Below are positions 63,764-64,000 of a DNA stretch of 64,000 nt, one piece after another (position 1 is the first letter of the stretch; each line of letters begins with the position of its first letter). The stretch is from contig CAKOXP010000004.1 in assembly GCA_934130175.1 (NCBI GenBank), positions 16,244 through 80,243 on the forward strand, written 5' to 3'. A model generated the notes under the pieces. The model saw only the letters and a program-made list of their open reading frames with translations, was not told the origin of the DNA and ran no database searches. This DNA comes from an uncultured Bacilli bacterium. GTDB taxonomy: Bacteria; Bacillota_I; Bacilli_A; RF39; UBA660. Both the position numbers and the translations under genes were made by a program.

Positions 63764-64000
63764 TAATTATCCAAAAATAGATCTGCATGGAATAGATAGA
63801 GACTATGCTAAAATCTTGGTAAGAGACTTCATAAACGATCAGTATTTTCTAAAGGAAGAAGCAATTTTAATAATACATGGAATTGGAACCGGTATTGTAA
63901 AGAAAGCAGTTCATGAAGAATTAAAGCACAATAAAAAAGTAAAAGAATTTAAACTTGATAATTTTAATCCTGGATGTACCATTGTCAAATTAAATATAAA
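63750..64000 (+). CDS. Smr domain protein (3' end at or beyond window edge)
   Basis: ATG 63750 overlaps the kinase end by 14 nt. The translation MKLYNNYPKIDLHGIDRDYA...ILIIHGIGTGIVKKAVHEEL...NPGCTIVKL matches the Smr pattern. This ORF is not in the supplied track because it runs off the window. Confidence 0.7.
   Translation, partial: MKLYNNYPKIDLHGIDRDYAKILVRDFINDQYFLKEEAILIIHGIGTGIVKKAVHEELKHNKKVKEFKLDNFNPGCTIVKLNI

Noticed and set aside
1-64000. Alternative genetic code (TGA=Trp, as in Mollicutes) or systematic stop-codon reassignment as an explanation for the in-frame stops at 737-739 and 43572-43574.
   Set aside because: TGA terminates dtd, rnhB and sigE exactly where homologues end. 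TAA and TAG terminate many other well-supported genes. The two in-frame stops are isolated events.
1-64000. CRISPR arrays, rRNA genes, transposases/IS elements, integrases and toxin-antitoxin pairs.
   Set aside because: I saw no regularly spaced direct repeats, no rRNA-like sequence and no DDE/serine/tyrosine-recombinase ORF other than the housekeeping xerC. The absence is judged by eye only.

Overview
This is a 64-kb, very AT-rich chromosomal segment from a low-GC, endospore-forming Bacillota (Clostridia/Erysipelotrichia-like). The organism cannot be named from the sequence alone. The genetic code is standard: TGA, TAA and TAG all terminate well-supported genes. There are about 60 genes, and all but one locus are on the + strand.

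Housekeeping backbone: rbgA-rnhB-DHH-GNAT-topA-(unknown)-xerC; comN-like-secDF-relA-dtd-AI-2E permease; deoD; an M16 peptidase pair; rnc; Nudix; an RNase J paralogue; rplU-prp-rpmA behind a structured leader; obg; tRNA(CAT)+tRNA-Leu(TAG); spoIIGA-sigE; tdk; ppdK; a pfkB kinase; an Smr protein.

Accessory or unusual content:
- A decayed islet at 0.4-4.2 kb with a kinase-like gene split by an in-frame stop, gene fragments, a Rep-like HTH fragment and an APH-like kinase.
- A secreted protein with a SipW/TasA-type signal.
- A HAD::acyl-CoA ligase fusion followed by a PlsC-like acyltransferase.
- A hybrid histidine kinase followed by two tandem Hpt-REC proteins.
- A post-tRNA islet, then a cadC-HMA-cadA operon, then TetR plus a heterodimeric ABC exporter.
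- A divergent SigA-like sigma factor upstream of spoIIGA-sigE.
- An orphan tail-collar-like secreted protein whose promoter spacer contains a G9 tract.

The best candidate for an undescribed system is a terminator-bounded four-gene operon at 57.7-62.8 kb. It encodes an LRR/zinc-ribbon membrane protein, a SPASM radical-SAM enzyme with an unassigned C-terminal domain, a translationally coupled 118-aa protein ending in a poly-Asn tail, and a double-zinc-ribbon membrane protein.

No CRISPR array, rRNA gene, transposase or integrase was seen. All calls come from reading the translations and DNA by eye. No database search was run.
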